Assembly: GCA_045046875.1 (NCBI GenBank)
Contig: JASFYY010000139.1
Span: 1-11,164 of the forward strand
Source of the DNA: Verrucomicrobiota bacterium
GTDB taxonomy: Bacteria; Verrucomicrobiota; Verrucomicrobiia; Verrucomicrobiales; DEV007
DNA: 11,164 bases
Reading direction: 5' to 3'
Shown: one piece after another, positions 6,926 to 11,164 of the stretch
How positions within the stretch are numbered: the stretch's first letter is position 1
Layout of the letters: each line of letters begins with the position of its first letter
The notes under the pieces: model-generated
The model's database searches: none
Told to the model about the DNA's origin: nothing
Seen by the model: only the letters and a program-made list of their open reading frames with translations
Made by a program: the position numbers and the translations under genes

Positions 6926-8648
6926 AAGGCTTTTTCCTGCGCGCCTCATTCCTTTTTTTACGCACTTCTGGCCATGGCACGACATGGGTGCGTTGCGCGT
7001 AGGCTTTCCACATCTTGGCTAATTGTTTCACCTTGTCTGGCATTGCCGCGGCTAAGTCGTTCAATTCACTGCGGTCTTTGCTGATGTCATACAATTCCCA
7101 CTTCCCTCTGATTCCATTTGCTACGAGTTTCCAATTGTCAGATCTGACTGCGCGGTTGCCTTCGTGTTCCCAGTAGATCGCCTCACGCTCAATTTGATCT
7201 CCTTTGCCTTCAAAAGCGAGACGCAAACTTTTCCCCTCCATCGGCGTGATATTTTTTCCACCGTGAAAAGTTTTTGGGTATTCCGCTCCTGCTACATCAA
7301 CACAAGTTGCCATCAGATCGATCAAGTGGCTTGGCGTGTTTTCCCACTCTCCCTCCCGACTGATTTTAGCCGGCCAGTGCGCGATCAGGGGAGTGGAGAT
7401 TCCGCCCTCGTGAACCCAGTGTTTATACTCGCGGAAAGGAGTGTTCGACACCGTGGCCCAGGCTTTGCCATAACCAATGTAAGTATCTGAGGGGCCAGCT
7501 AAAACTCCTTTGCCCTGTCGTATGGGGAACCCGTCGCGAGTCTGTTTCGGGATCATATCAAGTTGCAGGTAGCTTTTAGAAAGCGGATTAAGGGAGGGGT
7601 TCGCCTGGCGTTGGGCTCCATTATCACCTCGGCCCATGCCCTCGTGACTGCCTCCGTTATCTTGGAAAAAAAGTAGCAGCGTGTTTTCATATTGTCCCGT
7701 TTCTTTCAAGCTTTTCACAATACGCCCTATGCCCTGATCCATATTATCAATCATAGCAGCATAAACTTCCATGTTAACGATATCCCACTTCAGGTGATCG
7801 CTTTCCTTCCAACTGTCTTTTAATTTGCTGAGCTGCGCGCTCTGCGAATCGATCAATCCGAGTTTGATCATTTTTTCATAACGAGATTTCCGGATAACAT
7901 CATAACCTGCATCATACTGCCCCTTGTACTTTGCGATATCCCGTTTTCGCGCATGCATCGGCCAGTGTGCCGAGGTGTAAGCGACATACATGAAAAAAGG
8001 TGAGTCACCCTGATTCTGATGATGCTCCTGAACGAAGCGCACGGCATGGTCGCTGATCGCATCGGTGTAATAAAACTCCTCGGGTTGATACTCAGGATCG
8101 TCAAAGGGGGAGATGAAGGCATTGTCACGAGTCAGTGAATTAGGATCAAAAAAACTGCCTGCTCCGTGGATCGTGCCATAAAAACGATCAAAACCACGCT
8201 GAAGAGGCCAGTTGCGACGATCCGTATCAGATTTCGCCTGAGTTTTTTTTGTCACATGCCATTTGCCCGTAACATAAGTCCGGTAGCCTGCTGTTTTTAA
8301 TACTTCGGCAATAGTGACGCTGTTGCGATTGAGTTCACCTCGGTAGCCATCCATTCCCAGGTCATCCATCATATCGCCGATTCCAGCCTGATGGGGGTAT
8401 AGCCCGGTCAACAAACTGGCGCGAGTGGGACAGCAACGGGAGGTGTTGTAAAATTGTCGGAAGCGCAAGCCTCCCTCAGCCAGTTTATCAAGATTCGGAG
8501 TTTTGATTTCACTGCCATAACAACCAATATCTGAAATGCCCATATCGTCTCCCATCATGAGAATGATATTAGGGCGCTCCGCAGCAGCGTAAGTGGAAAT
8601 ACAGGCTAACTGCAAAGCGCAAATAGCAGCAATAATTTTTTTAATCAT
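6924..8648 (-). CDS. Arylsulfatase (formylglycine-dependent S1 sulfatase, AtsA/PAS-like), exported
   Basis: Signal peptide MIKKIIAAICALQLACISTYAAA, RPNIILMMGDDMG, catalytic CCPTRASLLTG, GYRTYVTGKWH, HWPMHA, DNGG, ELYDISKDRSELNDLA. Start 8648 is preferred over 8672 because that ATG lies inside a repeat. Confidence 0.93.
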   Translation of the reverse strand: MIKKIIAAICALQLACISTYAAAERPNIILMMGDDMGISDIGCYGSEIKTPNLDKLAEGGLRFRQFYNTSRCCPTRASLLTGLYPHQAGIGDMMDDLGMDGYRGELNRNSVTIAEVLKTAGYRTYVTGKWHVTKKTQAKSDTDRRNWPLQRGFDRFYGTIHGAGSFFDPNSLTRDNAFISPFDDPEYQPEEFYYTDAISDHAVRFVQEHHQNQGDSPFFMYVAYTSAHWPMHARKRDIAKYKGQYDAGYDVIRKSRYEKMIKLGLIDSQSAQLSKLKDSWKESDHLKWDIVNMEVYAAMIDNMDQGIGRIVKSLKETGQYENTLLLFFQDNGGSHEGMGRGDNGAQRQANPSLNPLSKSYLQLDMIPKQTRDGFPIRQGKGVLAGPSDTYIGYGKAWATVSNTPFREYKHWVHEGGISTPLIAHWPAKISREGEWENTPSHLIDLMATCVDVAGAEYPKTFHGGKNITPMEGKSLRLAFEGKGDQIEREAIYWEHEGNRAVRSDNWKLVANGIRGKWELYDISKDRSELNDLAAAMPDKVKQLAKMWKAYAQRTHVVPWPEVRKKRNEARRKKP

Positions 8649-8651
8649 AGG

Positions 8652-8768
8652 TTTAGTGCAAATCGGTGTCATTTGCCTTTGAGTAATAATCTCTGGCTAT
8701 TTGCTTTCGGGTAATTTCCTCCAGCTATCTCTACTTCGTTCCGATTCGCTACGCTCGGCTGTGGTTAA
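8652..8768 (-). repeat. TTAACC-headed repeat interrupted by tandem mini-inserts
   Basis: TTAACCACAG [58 bp, 8758-8701] AT AG [24 bp, 8696-8673] AT GACACCGAT TTGCACTAAA. Confidence 0.6.
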
Positions 8769-8841
8769 ATTTTCAAATTTTGGCTTATCAACTCTAATCG
8801 ATCTGAACCGTTGAAAGATATTGGCAGCTTTTTCTTTTCTT

Positions 8842-8915
8842 ATTTGCCTTCGGGTGGTGTCCTTCCGCTGTCTTGCTGCGCTGCGGCTGCGTCCATCCGC
8901 GAAATCCGCGGTTAA
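8842..8915 (-). repeat. TTAACC-headed repeat interrupted by a 43 bp mini-insert
   Basis: TTAACCGCGGAT TTCGCGGAT GGACGCAG [43 bp, 8886-8844] AT. Segment 8841-8873 matches 8698-8730 at 26 of 33 positions. Confidence 0.7.
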
Positions 8916-8925
8916 AATTCTTTAT

Positions 8926-10341
8926 TTATTTTTTCTTCTTTTTCCGCCTTTGTCTGACTTGATGTTCAAGGGCTTGCAACTCCGTCTGTTGCCCTTTGTC
9001 CCCACTGGCTTCCATCCAGGCTTTCAATTTACTCTTAAGCTCAGCCTTGACCGACGCTAAGCTGGGGTCATTGGCTAGATTTTTCCATTCGTAAGGATCC
9101 TTGTTTATATCATAGAGTTCCTCACTTGGGCGCACACGGTAGCGCTTCACCTTATCCGCCGCGTCGGCATCTCCTGCGGTGGCTTTGGCTTCCCATGAAA
9201 GAAATTCAGGTGATTCCATGCAGATGTTTTGAAACTCAACTTCTGGCGTCAAATTCCAGATATATTTATACCGTTCGCTACGGATCGAACGAATACCAAA
9301 TGAGTCTGATCCGCTGAGAATTCCCCGTGTGGTCATGATTCCGTAAACAAAGTTTTTGTGAGTTTTTTTCTTTCCTAGAAGAACGGGAAGAAAACTCTCT
9401 CCATCAAGGTCAGGATCCATGCCCCCACCAGCCGCATCGATGAACGTAGGCAGGAAATCAACGTATTCGATCATCGCATCGCTCACTTCACCGGCAGACA
9501 CCTTGCCTGGCCAACGAACAATGCAAGCGCTCTGTAAACCCGTGTCATAACAAGTCCATTTACCAAAAGGAAAAGAAGATCCCTGCTCGGAAACCACTAT
9601 TACCATCGTATTCTCAGCAAGATCGTTTTGTTTGAGCAGCGTCAACAGCACACCCACCTGATTATCAAAATAGGTGATTTCTGCCAAGTAACGAGTCATC
9701 GCTTCACGAGTCTCCGGTGTGTCGACAAAGTACGGGGGCAGCTTGAGATCAGCCGCTTTGTAACGCGACGCATCACCTTTGTTCCATGGGGAGTGTGGTT
9801 CATTAGAACAAGCGAATAGGCAAAAAGGCGTATCGTTTTGCTTCGATTCTTTCAGCAATGCGGCGATAGCCTCCATATTAGGATTTTTTTTCACCTTCCC
9901 GGCTGGCATATACTCGAAAGGAAAAACCTTTTTCGGTGAAATGTGAGTCTTGCCGCTAAGCGCGACTCGATAGTTGAGCTGTTTGAGGTAGTGGGCTACA
10001 CTTTTTGTCCCTTCTTTGGCAAAAGTATGATTCGGATAGGCACCGCTCTTCACGGGATAAAGTCCGGTATAAATATTGTGCCGCGTGGGTGAACACATCG
10101 GTGCCGCTTGAAAACAACGAGTGAAACGCATGCCTTCCGCTGCCAAACGATCAATATTTGGGGTGAACGCCTGACCACCGTAACAAGCAATGTCGCGGAA
10201 CGTGCAATCATCAGCGATGATGAATAGAAAATTGGGTTGGTCGGCGGCTGAGCTTGACCAAGAAAAATTCAGTAGCAAAGCTAAAGTGATCGTCAGTGCT
10301 TTTATAACTGCAGTTTTAGAAAAAGAACCTAATAATCCCAT
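8926..10341 (-). CDS. Sulfatase, N-sulfoglucosamine sulfohydrolase (SGSH)-like, exported
   Basis: Signal peptide, QPNFLFIIADD, catalytic CSPTRHNIYTG, GKTH, NEPHSPW, LPPYFVDTPETR, GKWTCYDTGL, RSIRSERYKYIWN, EELYDINKDPYEWKNLA. The subfamily is assigned by motif resemblance only. Confidence 0.9.
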   Translation of the reverse strand: MGLLGSFSKTAVIKALTITLALLLNFSWSSSAADQPNFLFIIADDCTFRDIACYGGQAFTPNIDRLAAEGMRFTRCFQAAPMCSPTRHNIYTGLYPVKSGAYPNHTFAKEGTKSVAHYLKQLNYRVALSGKTHISPKKVFPFEYMPAGKVKKNPNMEAIAALLKESKQNDTPFCLFACSNEPHSPWNKGDASRYKAADLKLPPYFVDTPETREAMTRYLAEITYFDNQVGVLLTLLKQNDLAENTMVIVVSEQGSSFPFGKWTCYDTGLQSACIVRWPGKVSAGEVSDAMIEYVDFLPTFIDAAGGGMDPDLDGESFLPVLLGKKKTHKNFVYGIMTTRGILSGSDSFGIRSIRSERYKYIWNLTPEVEFQNICMESPEFLSWEAKATAGDADAADKVKRYRVRPSEELYDINKDPYEWKNLANDPSLASVKAELKSKLKAWMEASGDKGQQTELQALEHQVRQRRKKKKK

Positions 10342-10394
10342 GACTCATAGGTAAACATGGAAAGCTAGATCACAAAAGAAAATGCACACGCAAT

Positions 10395-10596
10395 CACGCC
10401 TTTGACAAGCTGACAGGCCCAAGGGGCCGACCCTATGCTAGCCTAGGGCAAGTTCGCCCTGGGAATGGATGGTTTTGATTCTTAAGTCCCAACGGGACGG
10501 ACCTATCCGTTACAGATTTAGGGTCGCCCTTACAGGCTGACATAAGACCGCCCCTCTGGGGCTTAGGAAACAAGGCGAGCAGCTTGTAAAGCTGTG
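10395..10596. repeat. REP/BIME-like palindrome cluster (possible MITE-like unit)
   Basis: Hairpins GGCCC-AAG-GGGCC (10416-10428), CCTAGGGC-N6-GCCCTGGG (10442-10463) and GTCCC-AAC-GGGAC (10486-10498). Inverted copies at 10519-10538 and 10542-10564. Outer imperfect inverted repeat at 10395-10412 / 10580-10596. Confidence 0.75.
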
Positions 10597-10618
10597 TCAC
10601 ACGGGATTTCTCCTTTGG

Positions 10619-11164
<546 letters not shown>

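Noticed and set aside
6785..6985. 67-codon N-terminal extension of the ROK ORF in the ORF track
   Set aside because: It overlaps the sulfatase 3' end, crosses the promoter and operator, and does not look protein-like. The ATG at 6784 gives a normal ROK length.
8649..8672. Upstream ATG (8672) for the arylsulfatase
   Set aside because: It lies inside the repeat junction. MIKK at 8648 starts a typical signal peptide.
8671..8873. Three ~30 bp related repeats as a possible CRISPR array
   Set aside because: The copies are too divergent, two are adjacent with no spacer, spacing is irregular, and no cas genes are present.
8697..8918. Stop-free reading frame of about 70 codons on the - strand between the sulfatases
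   Set aside because: It has no ATG start, is built from repeat sequence and shows no recognisable protein features.
10362..10393. Possible promoter for the SGSH-like sulfatase (TTGCGT...TAGCTT on the - strand)
   Set aside because: The spacer is 20 nt and the -10 match is weak, so it cannot be supported.

Overview
Chromosomal window from a bacterium that is most likely in the PVC superphylum (Verrucomicrobia, Planctomycetes or Lentisphaerae; inferred from the DUF1501/PSCyt genes and tandem sulfatases). The + strand carries one FetB/UPF0014-type permease. The - strand carries, in transcription order: the 3' end of a monomeric NADP-isocitrate dehydrogenase, an SGSH-like sulfatase, an arylsulfatase, and a probable operon of a ROK-family regulator, a PSCyt1/DUF1549/DUF1553 cytochrome c protein and a Tat-exported DUF1501 protein. 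The intergenic DNA holds the most unusual signals. (i) An unannotated 3' remnant of a VapC/PIN toxin gene abuts the DUF1501 stop codon. (ii) Three copies of a TTAACC-headed 12/9/10-nt repeat are present, two of them interrupted at AG^AT by related 24-58 bp mini-inserts (CC...GCAA). (iii) Heptamer repeat arrays occur at two sites, one forming a hairpin. (iv) A ~200 bp REP-like palindrome cluster lies downstream of icd. (v) A palindromic putative ROK operator overlaps an extended -10 promoter. All family assignments come from motif recognition; no database search was run.
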